Source: Octopus sinensis (lineage: Eukaryota). From it: a stretch of DNA of 64,000 nucleotides. The stretch is taken from positions 10,477,360 to 10,541,359 of the forward strand of contig NC_043019.1 in NCBI RefSeq assembly GCF_006345805.1, written 5' to 3'. Numbering within the stretch: position 1 is the stretch's first letter; each line of letters begins with the position of its first letter. The notes below the pieces were generated by a model that saw nothing but the letters and a program-made list of their open reading frames with translations, searched no databases and had not been told where the DNA came from. Below, piece after piece: positions 1-12,424 of the stretch. The translations under genes and the position numbers were made by a program.

Positions 1-247
1 TACACATATACACATGCACATACACACAATTATGTACATATTTGTACTTATGTACACAAGGTATATTCACACCCACACCCACACCCACACACACACACGC
101 ACACACATCATACACACACACACACACACGTGTCTTTTATGATATTTTTCATGTCTCCTTTATATTACTCCACATGTGTCTGTCTGTTATCCCATGGCTT
201 TTTTTTTGTTGTTGTATATGTATTATTATTAATTTTTTGTTGTATAC

Positions 248-500
248 TCTTTACTCTTTTACTCTTTTACTTGTTTCAGTCGTTTGACTGCGGTCATGCT
301 GGAGCACCGCCTTTAGTCAAGCAAATCGACTCCAGGACTTTTTCTTTGTAAGCCTACTTATTCTATCGGTCTCTTTTGCCGAACTGCTAAGTTACAGGGA
401 TGTAAACACACCAGCATCGGTTGTCAAGCAATGTTGGGGGGGACAAACACAAACACACACACATATATATTATATATATATATACATATATACGTTCAAA
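248..500 (-). mobile_element. tRNA-derived CORE-type SINE (family B), 3' half; 5' half at 3157-3323
   Basis: Matches many full copies in the window; interrupted by the CR1. Confidence 0.85.
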
Positions 501-546
501 TTATACGTTCATATTCGTTCAATTTTTTTTTTTTTTTTTTTTTTTT

Positions 547-3156
547 GGTAATTCCTTGTGCCGATTTGAACGAATCACAAGAAGAAGTTTTTTTCTGTGA
601 CGTGCGTATGACCATGTCAACACTCCTGCTTGGCGTTGTTTATCGTCCCCCAAGTTACCATCGGGACACAAGCTTTGCAATGTCCTCCGAGCTGCTGCCA
701 GGAAAACAGCCACTTATGTGTTTATTGCAGGCGATTTCAATCATCCTGAGATCGATTGGGAGACCTTCCATTGGCCACAGAGTGCAAACGATTTTGTTGA
801 GCTTGTGCTGGACTCAAACTGGTCACAAGTAGTCACCTCTCCAACAAGAGGCGACAACACTTGGACCTGCTCTTCACCACAACTCCTGAAGCGGTTATCA
901 ATTGCACTACGGAGGAACCTCTAGGTGACTCTGATCATGCTATGATCATCGCCAATCTGGCTCTTGCGGGCAACAAAAACCTGAACCATCTCCAATCTGC
1001 TTCCTTCGATTGGAAGAGAGCAGATTGGAACCTGTACCACACTGAACTACAGCACAAACTGGCGTGAATTCTACAACTCTGGAGATGTGAATACTATACT
1101 CCAGAGTATCCTGGACTCAATATGGGCAGCATGTGCAGCATCAGTGCCACGTAAACAAAAAAAGAAGAACCGCCCCAAAAGGGCAATTTGGGAAACTTCA
1201 GCGGTCCGACTTGCCAGGAGGGAACGTCGGACTGCTGAACGGGAATACAGGTTGCATAAATCAGACACCAACAGGAAGAAGCGGAATAAATCCTCCAACC
1301 ATCTCAAGCAAGTGACAAAAAAAGCAGTGCTTGAATTTGAACAGTGCATAGCAGCCAATCCTGACAGCAAGGTTTTCTGGAAATATGTGCACTCAAAGCA
1401 GAGACCTCACTCTCCAGTGGGCCCTCTTCGCAACCCTCACACAAACCAGATCACTGACGACCCCAAGGAATGCGCAGAACTCATTGCCGAGTGCTATGCA
1501 AACATATTCACTGTTGAAAGTCAAAATGTACCATCTTCACCATCACTAACAGCAAACTCCATAACAACTATGGAATTACACCTGCAATGCTGCGACGTCA
1601 CCTTCAAAATAAGCGCAACTATGCCTCCCCTGGTCTCGATGGAGTTACATACCTGCTTCTCAAACGTGGCAGGCACTTCCTTTTACACCAGCTTTCTATT
1701 TTCTTCCAGTACTGTCTCAACAATGGTGCTACTCCGGAGCAGTGGAAAACTGCCAGTGTCATTCCTCTGTTCAAAAAGGGCGACCGCACATCACCTGTCA
1801 ACTATCGCCCAGTCAGTCTCACTAGCTGTATTGCAAAACTGATGGAATCGTGTGTCAGAGAAACACTCTGGAACTTCTGGAGCTCTCACAGTCTCATCCG
1901 ACCCTCACAATATGGATTTGTCCCTAACTCCAGCTGCAGTGACCAGCTTGTCGAGTTCCTTGAGGACATTACTCAGATTACTGACAGTGGCTCATGGGTG
2001 GATGTTGTCTACCTTGACTTTGCTAAGGCTTTCAACTCTGTGCCACACAAAAGGCTTATGGTGAAACTCTCTGCAATGGGTGTGGGGGATGACCTTTTTA
2101 ACTGGTTGAAATCCTTCATCCTCAGCCGAAAGGAGGTAGTCACAGTTCTAGGACAGCACTCTACACCATATGAGATGTCATCGGGTGTACCACAGGGATC
2201 TGTCCTTGGTCCCCTCTTGTTTGTGGCATACATTAACGACATAGATGCCAATTTAAAGAATGCCACAGTATTGAAATATGCAGACGACATCAAGCTGTAC
2301 CTTGAAATCAAGAGGACAGATCCTGATGTCTACAACTCTTTCCTGCAATCAGACCTAGACACAATGCAGCATGGATATCACAGACTGGCAACTGAAACTG
2401 GCTGTGGACAAGTGTACCACCATGCATTTTGGGAGAAAAAACCCTGCGTTCACTTACTCCCTCCACAACACTGATATCAAGAAATCCTCTTGCGAGCGTG
2501 ACCTAGGCATCACTGTCAGCAGTGATTTGCGTTGGTCAAAGCATATCTCTAAGATTGTCAGGAAGGCCGAGGGTGTCTTGGCATCACTCAGCAGGTCTTT
2601 TGTTAGCCGCTCTCCAGCCATCTATTTAAAACTGTATACAGCTATGGTACGACCACACTTGGAATTCGCATCATCAGTTTGGAACCCCTATCTTGCACAG
2701 AACATTGACCTCCTGGAATCTGTCCAGAGACGTGCAACCAAACGCATACCCTCCATCAGACACCTACCATATTCTGAGCGCCTTGTTTCCCTGGGCATGG
2801 ATTCACTGAAGCTCCGGCGTTTGGCGACGGACTTGGTAAACACCCACAAAGTTATCAACCACCTCACCAACAACAACACTGAACACCTTTTTGATCTCCA
2901 TGTGTCTAACACACGTGGACATGCCTACAAAGTCAGAAAACAATACAGCTCCCATGACTTTCGGAAACATTTTTTCACGCTCAGAGTTGCTGAAGCATGG
3001 AATAAACTGCCTGCGTCAGTTGTTGACTGCCATGACACTGCATCTTTTAAGGCCCTCATGCTTTCCGAAATCCGCCGAAACTACACCTGATTATATATAC
3101 ACTTTAGATGAGTTGTAGTGCACCTGACCACTGTACACAATTATTATTATTATTAT
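547..3156 (+). mobile_element. CR1-clade LINE, 5'-truncated ORF2 (APE endonuclease + reverse transcriptase) broken by about 5 frameshifts
   Basis: GVVYRPP, AGDFNHP, DSDHA (EN); YLDFAKAFNSVPH, GVPQGSVLGPLLF, YADD (RT); TRGHAYK...RKHFFTLRVAEAWNKLP (CR1 C-terminus); (ATT)n tail; splits a CORE-type SINE (248-500 / 3157-3323). Confidence 0.95.
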
Positions 3157-3486
3157 ACGACGGGCTTCTTTCAGTTTCCGTCTACCAAATCCACTCACAA
3201 GGCTTTGGTCATCCCGAGGCTATAGTAGAAGACACTTGCCCAAGGTGCCACGTAGTGGGACTGAACCCAAAACCATGCAGTTGGTAAGCAAGCTACTTAC
3301 CACACAGCCACTCCTGCGCCTATATGATGATGATGATGATGATGTCTGTTTAATTTGCTTTGAGCAAATGCCTCAGATTGGAATCTTAAAAGCTTCTGTG
3401 CCTTTTATTGTCAGCTACCAACTGTGAATCTCATCTCCCAGTGTAATCCAGTGGAATGGTTTATAAGTCGAACTCCTTACAGCTTA

Positions 3487-3785
3487 TCTTTATATATAAA
3501 AGTGAAGTTGTGTGAGTGTCTGTCTCCTACGATTTAGATTCCTAACTACTCCCACATTTTGCGGTGCAGTTTAACCAAAACCAGGTATCTTATAGTCGTG
3601 ATTCATATCGAACCCTTCTGGGTATTAGCGCGCGTCTACGATGAGTCTACGATTTTAAAAAAAATTTAGCATCATTTTTTTCCATTTTTAATGCATTTTT
3701 TTGCTATTTTTTGGCTATAACTCTCTAAAAATGCTTTATAGTTATTTCCCTTACAAACCCGAGCAACGCCGGGCGATACTGCTAG
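3487..3785 (+). mobile_element. Non-autonomous Helitron
   Basis: Inserted A|T; 5' TC(TTTATATATAAAAG); 3' GC-rich hairpin CCCGAGCAACGCCGGG followed by CTAG terminus. Confidence 0.8.
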
Positions 3786-4707
3786 TGATAAATATAATAA
3801 TAATGATTGTGACTTGCAGATGGAAATTTATAAGCTTTATTAATGTATCATGACATAACCATTAATGTAATGCTTGATGAAGCATACACACTGTGATGGA
3901 AGAAGACTTGAGATTCATAGTTATTATGAATAATCTTAATGTCTTGCAAACAACTTGCACATGCAAGTGCTACCAGTTAAAAGCTCCGTATACCGGAAGC
4001 TAACAAGTGTATGGGGTCATCAGGAGAGAATGCACGCCGTTTCGGGGCCTACCTCTCGACAGCATCAATGCGCACTGCCCCCCCCCCTCACTGATATGAG
4101 GCCCCGCTTGCTAGATCAGCTGGTTATGAAGAACTCAATATACTTCTAGCCATCGCTCATCGTCTCTTTTTAACCAAATCCAGTGGCTAGCCTTCTCCAC
4201 TGTAGATTGGATATCTTATGAATATGAAAAGCTCCTTATTAATAAATATGTGGGATGCAGAATCATATGTCATGAAACATTAATAGAGCCTATAGATTTT
4301 CATCCACGACTCATAATAGTTATTATGATTTGCCTGTCGCTGATCCTTTTGGGGTCAATTAAATAAGTACCAGTTACACACTGAAGTTGATGTAATCGAC
4401 TTGCCCCTTGCCCCCCAATATCAGTCCTTGTGCCTATAATAGAAAGGATTGTTCGCCTGTCACTACTTTCTGAGTTCAAATTCCACTGAGGTCGATTTTG
4501 CCTTTCATCCTTTCAAGGTTGATAAACTAAGTACCAGTTATGCACTAGGGTCAATGTAATCAACTAGTCCCCTCCCCTAAAATGGCTGCCCTTGTGGCAA
4601 AATTTGAAACTATTATTATTATTACTAAGATGGCGAGCTGGCAGAATCCATTATACATATATAGGCTTTAAAAGAGCGCATTTATTTTATATTATTTCAT
4701 ATATATA

Positions 4708-5125
4708 TAGGCACAGGAGTGGCTGTGTGGTAAGTAGCTTGCTAACCAACCACATGGTTGCGGGTTCAGTCCCACTGCGTGGCATCTTGGGCAAGTGTCT
4801 TCTGCTATAGCCCCGGGTCGACCAATGCCTTGTGAGTGGATTTGGTAGACGGAAACTGAAAGAAGCCTGTCGTATATGTGTATATATATGTGTGTGTGTG
4901 TGTGTGTTTGTGTGTCTGTGTTTGTCCCCCTAGCATTGCTTGACAACCGATGCTGGTGTGTCTACGTCCCTGCCACTTAGCGGTTCGGTAAAAGAGACCG
5001 ATAGAATAAGTACTGGGCTTACAAAGAATAAGTTCCGGGGTCGATTTGATTGACTAAAGGCGGTGCTCCAGCATGGCTGCAGTCAAATGACTGAATCAAG
5101 TAAAAGAGTAAAAGAGAAAAAGAGT
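4708..5125 (+). mobile_element. Full-length family B (CORE-type) SINE
   Basis: tRNA-like A/B boxes (tggctgtgtggtaag; gggttcagtccc), CORE-like tggcatcttgggcaagtg, central (TA/GT)n, tail aaaagagt. Further copies at 8795-9207(-), 18880-19238(-), 21300-21682, 33080-33480, 39585-39895, 40400-40790, 46812-47717(-), 60635-61040. Confidence 0.88.
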
Positions 5126-7084
5126 ATATGACAGGCTTTTTCAGTTTCCATCAACTAAATGTATTCACAAAGCTTTGGTCAGCCCAGGGCTATTGTAAAT
5201 GACTCTTGCATAAGGTACTAGATGATGGGACCGAACCAAGAACTATGTGGTTGAAAATCCAACTTCTTACCATGCAGCCACGCCTGTTTGTCCATCTGTG
5301 TGTCAATGTCTCCTTCTCTCTTGAAATCATGTAACATCTGTAAATGAGCATCCCTGACATATAAGTGGTATCGTTGTATGATGAAAACAAAGAAATGAAT
5401 GATATCCTTTCTGACATCAACCCTTTTCATTGCCTCAGTCCCTTATAACATACAGGGACACTGTGACCTAAAAATCTAGGTTAAATAAAAGGAAAAAGAA
5501 AAACAGATAAATTTATTTTCATAGGCAGCATCTAAAGTATTATAGAAAATAAATGCAAAAAAAAATCAATTTTAAAATCAGAAAATTTGTAAACCAAGCT
5601 TAAACATGGTAGTAACATCATGAAACATTAAATCTGAAAGTCATTGAAGTCACCATCATCCATCAGATACAGGAATGTCTTTCATGATTTTCCAATGGGA
5701 ATTTGGTAACCAGCATGATCACACAAACGCAACAGTTAATTGGGATTTTATGCAATTAACAATCTCTGGTTAAACAACAACAACAATAATAATAATAACA
5801 ATGTTAATGCTGGTATATAATTTTGTTGGATATTTTCTAAAGATACAAGATTATTTCCAGTTCCAGTAGAGCCAGGTTTTGGGTGAAAAAATGATTGAGA
5901 GAAAATGGAAAACTCAAAGAAGAGATTGAATATACCATTGTGATCAATACATCAATACTATGTGCATGAAGAAAACAGCAGACTGGCAGAACCAATAGCA
6001 TGCCAGACAAAATACTTGGTGAAATTTCTTCTGTCTTTATGTTCTGAGTTCAAATTCCACCGAGGTCAACTTTTCCTTTCATTCTTTTGTGGGGTCAATA
6101 AAGTACCAGTCAATTAGTGGGGTTGATATAATTAACTTACTCCTCCCTTCAAAATTGCTGACTTTGTACCAAGATTAGGAATCATCATCATCATTATCAT
6201 CATCATCATCACCACCACCACCATCATCATCATCATTATTATCATTCAGTGAGAGAGCAGTGCATGCCAGCAAAGTGACACTGGGGTAAAATATACAAAG
6301 CCCAGTATACCCATCATAGCTACCTGTCTGATAAGGGTACACTAGGCACATATGTGCACGACATTGTGATCTGATATCAAGATAAACAGCACAGGTGGGG
6401 CCCAGTTATAATTTTTTCAGGTCCAGTAGTCCATCCCACTCAAAAGGACCCTAAACAAGGATTGTTTAAGGATGTTGAACAAAACACCCATGTTTCTAGA
6501 GGTGAATTATCCAAACTCCAAAGAATTCCTCTCAACACATGGCTCTCCCACTACTTCTGCTCGTGATGAGAGATGCACATATCGTCAGCCACCAAGGGAC
6601 ATGCTCAACTGGTTACGGTCAAACAATTGACAAGCAAATCTGTGGTATTGAGCAGAATATTTGCTGTAGCCCATCTTCTATACCAAAACAAAACAATGTA
6701 CTTGATAACATTTCCAATCAGTTAAGATCATAAGCCATGAGAGCCACTGCCTGGTACTGCATCAGGGCATTTATTATTATTATTATTACTATCTTCCAAC
6801 TGATTTGCATTTTATTTCATCTTCTGGCTGAATCAGAGACTTAAGGTTTTTCTATGATTTCAACGGTGTGGGTGGCCATGTGTGGGCACACATTGTTGTG
6901 CAACAATAACATTTGCTTTGACAACAGACCTTGGTATTTGGTGTGAATTGCTGATTTCAGTTTGTTGGCCAGCATTTTCCTGTAGCTTACACTGGTGACT
7001 GTAGATCCCTTTTCCATGTCATGTCCTAGTATAGGCCCTTTTGCATTAAAAAAAAGTGATTAGTATCACTGCTTTCTGTGGAAA

Positions 7085-7990
7085 GCCGAGTCTCAAATTA
7101 CTTTTTCGCTGGCTGTCCCAGGTCTTTCCACCCTATACTTTGCCTTCTGGGTTCTGGCTCAAAAATGGCTCATCTCCTATGACCATTCTCTCCAAAAAAG
7201 CTTCACCTTCATCACTGTAATGGTCAAGTAAGCACTGACAGATCTCCATGTGATTGCACTCATGCTCTTGGGTAAGCTCTTTTCTTACCCATCTTGCACA
7301 AAACTTTACAAAAGCAACGCTTGTTGTGAATGATTTCATATACAAGACCATGACTAATTTTCAGAGAACAGGACGCCTATTGACCTGCACCACTGACATA
7401 AAGATTCAACAAGCTCAAGAGATGGTCCTGGCAAACCGACAAGTGACCGTCAATGAGGTGGCATCATCATCATCATCATCATCATCATCGTCGTTTAGCG
7501 TCCGTTTTCCATGCTAGCATGGGTTGGACGGTTCTACTGGGGTCTGTGAAGCCAGAAGGCTTCTGCCAGATTTGACTGGGCCTGATGAAGCCTTCTGGCT
7601 TCACAGACCCCAGTAGAACCGTCCAACCCATGCTAGCATGGAAAACGGATGCTAAACGACGATGATGATGATGATGATGATGATGCCACCTCATTGACGG
7701 TCACTTGTCGGTTTGCCAGGACCATCTCTTGAGCTTGTTGAATCTTTATGTCAATGGTGCAGGTCAATAGGCGTCCTGTTCTTCATACTTCACACTTACC
7801 TGCCCATTATAAGCTTTTCGATCCACTCATATTCACTTCTATGCAGCAGTGTGCTGTTCCCATATTGTACTGAAAGCCTACATTGAATTTCAGTCCCTGA
7901 CAAACCTTCAGACCAGAGAAACTGGATCACTGATCTCTGTCCTTCCTTAATGCTCACTCACAGCAAAGTGGCCATGTAACACAAAAAAGA
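7085..7990 (-). pseudogene. Degenerate mariner transposase relic, rearranged by a SINE insertion and fold-back duplication
   Basis: QRSVIQFLWSEG, EMVLANRQVTVNEVA, ISHGLVYEII, FCARWVRKELTQEH, FLERMVIGDE: mariner HTH and first DDD motif. Confidence 0.8.
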
Positions 7991-9402
7991 AAACTGGAGC
8001 AGTCAAGTATTGGGATCTATGTAATCAACTTGTCCCCCTCCCCTCAAAATTACAGCCCTTGAACCCTGCAATGGACCAGCATTCTAGTCAGTGGAATGCT
8101 GTTATCTCAGTTACCTGTACTTAATACTAAATCAGGTAAATGGTCTCAAGAGTCCTGGAGGTCAAGAAAAAAAAAACATCATGGCAAAGAAAGAAGAATT
8201 ACGTAGATGCAGTTTTGTGTTCTCCATTAATAAGGGAGGGTGGTGGCAAAAATTTTATTTGTGAAGGAGAAAGCCCTATTCACACACACAAACCTAACCA
8301 ATAATTCTTTTCACTGCTTTCACAGATTCCCATGATTCTGTCACCATCCAATTCCTTATAATGAATTTGAATTGGGAATTTGAGTCATAGGGAATCTTTC
8401 ATTAGCTGATTACAGAACCTATTTCTTTACTACCCACAAGGGGCCAAAAAGCGCAGAGGGGACAAACAAGGACAGACAAACAGATTAAGTCGATTACATC
8501 GACCCCAGTGCGTAACTGGTACTTAATTTATCAACCCCGAAAGGATGAAAGGCAAAGTCGACCTCGCATGGACACCGCCCCTGTGGATGTGTTGTAGTTA
8601 CTCTCTTGATGATCCTGACTTGATCTTCTAGAATTCCTCTGCTCAGCATTAATGTAAGAAGAAGCATTGCTGGCTCAGTTGAGCTCTTCTGCTGCCTCTC
8701 CACAATCCACCATGCTGCAGTCCCATGACTTTGCCATATCCTTGACAGGGTGACTAGGCAGGGCAACCCATAAGTATGTAGGGCAGTCATCACTCTCTTT
8801 TTTCTTTACACTTGTTTCAGTCATTTGACTGCGGCCATGCTGGAGCACCGCCTTTAGTCAAGTAAATCGACCCCAGGACTTATTCTTTGTAAGCCTAGTA
8901 TTTATTCTATTGGTCTCTTTTGCCAAACCGCTAAGTTACAGGGACGTAAACACACCACCATCGGTTGTCAAGCGATGTTGGTGGGGACAAACACAGACAC
9001 ACAAACGTATACACACACATACATACATATATATATATATATACAACAGGCTTCTTTCAGTTTCCGTCTACCAAATCCACTCACAAGGCTTTGGTCAGCC
9101 CGAGGCTATAGTAGAAGACAAATGTCCAAGGTGCCACGCAGTGGGACTGAACCTGGAACCATGTGATTGGTAAGCGAGCTACTTACCACACAGCCACTCC
9201 TGCACCTAAAATACCTCTGTGAGGTATTTTCAAAATACTCACAAACCCAAAAACCAATAATGCATATCATATATTGGATTTTATTTTCGACTTCAGTCAG
9301 TGGATGGCGACCATGCTGGAGTACCACCTTGAAGAGTTTTAGTAAAACAAATTGACTCCAGAACTTATATCTTGTTCAAGCCTGCTATTCAGTTTATCCT
9401 TC

Positions 9403-9815
9403 AGATCTTCTCGGTTTGAACGGCAGTTTTTTCTAGCGGTGTCATATGAAATTGTCACCCATAATTATGACCCCTAGTATCGATCTATTGCATTTCAATC
9501 TCTTTTAGGGTTCGGGGTAGGGGGAAGGGTATCTTTTTATCTTCAGAAATGTAAACAAACCCAATCTGTTTCTTAAACGAGGGACATATTCATACGGCAC
9601 AAAATGTTTTCACCTCAATAGACGTCATTGATTGGTTGAAACTGCAGAAATTGAAGAAAAAAAAGCAACAAATATCTTACAAACTATAGAATTTTCTCAA
9701 TAAAGCCAAGAGAAAAAGATGTTTTATAAACACATTCTACCAGTATTCGAAGTTTAAAAGCGTTTAGTTACGTGGAAATTATTTTTAAAAACTACCGTTC
9801 AAACCGAAAAGATCC
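9403..9815 (+). mobile_element. MITE with GGATCTTTTCGGTTTGAACGGCAG TIRs (Merlin-like by termini/TSD)
   Basis: About 29-bp TIRs; flanked by a 14-bp near-direct repeat tcag/tcattttatccttc. Confidence 0.8.
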
Positions 9816-10599
9816 TCATTTTATCCTTCTCTAATGTCTAACCTCTAAGTTATGGGGAGGGGTGCATAAATAAACTAACATCGGGTTATGGTACTCCAGC
9901 ATGGCCGCAGTCCAATCACTGAAACAATAAACGGGGGGAAATGAATAAAAGAAAATTCCAAACCATCTGAAACAATCATCTAATCCCACCTTAAAGACCC
10001 CCAAACACATTCCTTTATGTCAAACACGTTGACCGCAGCACAATGCCAAAGGAAAAAGAAATTCTTCCGCGACCACCACTACCAAACGGACTATGATGAT
10101 TCCGGTTAATGTTTAAGACAGTAAATGTATCTGGCTACACTCAAAGATCATCTAAAATACTTCTTAATGACTAATTAATGAAAATTAACCTTTCTTCGTA
10201 TTTATTGTAACAATTAGTGTTTTTTTTATAATATTTTTCAATTAAATAAGTGAAATGAGTCAAACAAGAATTAATTGACTTAGAGTTAGACCGGTGTAAA
10301 GAATTTTAAGTTACTCTAGCTTTATATTACCACCCGGTCATTTGAAATTGTGATTAGATTATTGATTGTAAGCAGATAGGTAGAGTGAAGACTAGGGGGA
10401 AATCGATTTCGATATATCCCTAGTTTGTAACTGGAAAGTAATTTCAAGATCTTATCCACTTCTGTCCCCTCAAAAATATTTATTTATCATATTTTATCCA
10501 TGCAGCAGCAGCAGCAGCATAGGAAATCAGGTTTAGGCTACTCCGCCACATCTGGAGTGGTGAGTTAATTATCACGCAGTCGAATTCAGAATATATCAC

Positions 10600-10634
10600 A
10601 CACACATACACACACCACAAACGTACACACACAC

Positions 10635-10679
<45 letters not shown>

Positions 10680-10990
10680 AACATACATATACACATACAT
10701 ACATTCACACACATAATATATATATATATATACACACACACAATATATATATATACACACACACACCCGCATATATATATATATATATATATACACAATA
10801 AATATATATATACACACACACACACAATATATATACATATACATACACAATATATATATACACAATATATATATATATATATATATATACACAATATATA
10901 TATATACATATACACAATATATATATATACATATACATACACAATATATATATATATGCACACACACACACAATATATACATACACAATC
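10600..10990. repeat. (CA)/(TA) compound microsatellite
   Basis: Direct reading. Confidence 0.95.
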
Positions 10991-11052
10991 TCTCACCTCT
11001 GTCGGATATTATGACATAGAGGTAGTTTGAAGCGTGTACACCGGTAGCGGCA

Positions 11053-11073
11053 CATGCGCACTCTTCCTTTCTC
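11053..11073 (+). promoter_or_regulatory. TCT/5'-TOP-like initiator of eIF3i preceded by CATGCGCA (NRF1-like half site)
   Basis: catgcgca CTCTTCCTTTCTC about 45 nt upstream of the ATG, in a CpG-rich island; pattern typical of ribosomal-protein/translation-factor TSSs. Confidence 0.65.
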
Positions 11074-11115
11074 GTGGTTCTCATCAATCGCCGCATTTTC
11101 TGCGACATCTCCATC

Positions 11116-11118
11116 ATG
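11116..11118 (+). CDS. EIF3I: eIF3i coding exon 1 (ATG only)
   Basis: ccatcATG|gtaaga: strong donor directly after ATG in a CpG-rich promoter-like island; supplies the Met missing from exon 2 (phase 0). Confidence 0.85.
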
Positions 11119-12391
11119 GTAAGAACAGCCTTTTTACATCTCTTTAACGTCCTCAATCAATTTTTATCTCGCCTTTCACTGCTGCCGCGGACCCGTTTTC
11201 ATCCCCTACGACACTTCTTCTGCTCGATAAACCCAACGATTATTCTACAATTGGCGTATATATTCATGTAATGTCCATGCCTTGCCGTTCTTTCTTTGAC
11301 ATGCGGTTCGGTTCCTCTTGAAAAATCAGAATCAGAAGCTCCAGACTCCAAGCTGGATATTCGTCTTATTTCTACTGTTATTATAATTATTAATGTAATT
11401 AACTATATTAACTATATTCACAGACACCTCCAGAATACAGAGATACTCCACATTATTCCGTTCTATCTGTGTGGACCACCACTCGTTCGTTCTTTTTCCA
11501 TACGGGTTCAGATCATTAAAAAATGCACAATTCGTGTCTACTAATTGCTTAATCAAGTGTTTAAATCCATCAAATGACGTTCTTTTGTTTGTAGAAATAA
11601 ATCTGACAAAAAAAAATCGTGTCTGTATGTTCCCCCGTATATAATGAGTGTATAATATTTACAGTGTGTATAATATTTATACACGCTGTTATATAAACCT
11701 GTTATATTTATTATATACCACTGTTTAAAAGTATTCCATATTTCGGCTGCGTAACCCTGTATGGTTTTTTTTTAAATTGAAACAGTGGAACTTTTTGGAT
11801 TTATGTGGAGGTGGGTTAAATTCATCAAATGACGTTATTTTATTTGTAGAAATAAATCTGAAAAAAAAAAAAATCGTGTCTATATGTTCCCCTGTATATA
11901 GTGAGTGTATAATATTTATACACGCTACAATAAACCTGTTATACGCAGCTGTAATGTCACCAATATGTTGATGCTAGTAATGTTAGTGACGACTTATTTA
12001 ATTCACTGAGGTTAGAAAGAAAGTAAAGGCGAAATCACCTCCAGTGATTATTATTTATATATGTATTTATTATATAGAACTGTTCGTAAGTACTCCATAT
12101 TTCGGCTGTATAACCCTGTAATTTGAAACAGTGGAAATTTTTTGATTTATGTAGGGGTGGGGTTAAAAAAATTATAAACATTTTTTGCATAATCGTATGA
12201 ATTCCCGTGTGTAGAAAACTAATTCGCAAAAATTTTCTGAAAATTCCCCAAAATAAAGTTATGAGGGATTATATGGTGTGCTTAAACTAGAGAATTCTCT
12301 CTCGTATCTGTGTGTCTAAGAATCGGAAAAAATATCTGCTCGTATATTTGTCAGAGTGGGTATATTAAAGTATACGGTATTATAGACCCAT

Positions 12392-12424
<33 letters not shown>

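Noticed and set aside
7582-7605. Hammerhead core CTGATGA + stem (also 30549)
   Set aside because: Stem II is not followed by GAAA; the motif arises from SINE or fold-back sequence.
10506-10559. Plus-strand 54-nt exon candidate (QQQQHRKSGLGYSATSGV, gtgagt donor)
   Set aside because: Lies upstream of the eIF3i TSS with no partner exons found; the (CAG)n acceptor may be chance.
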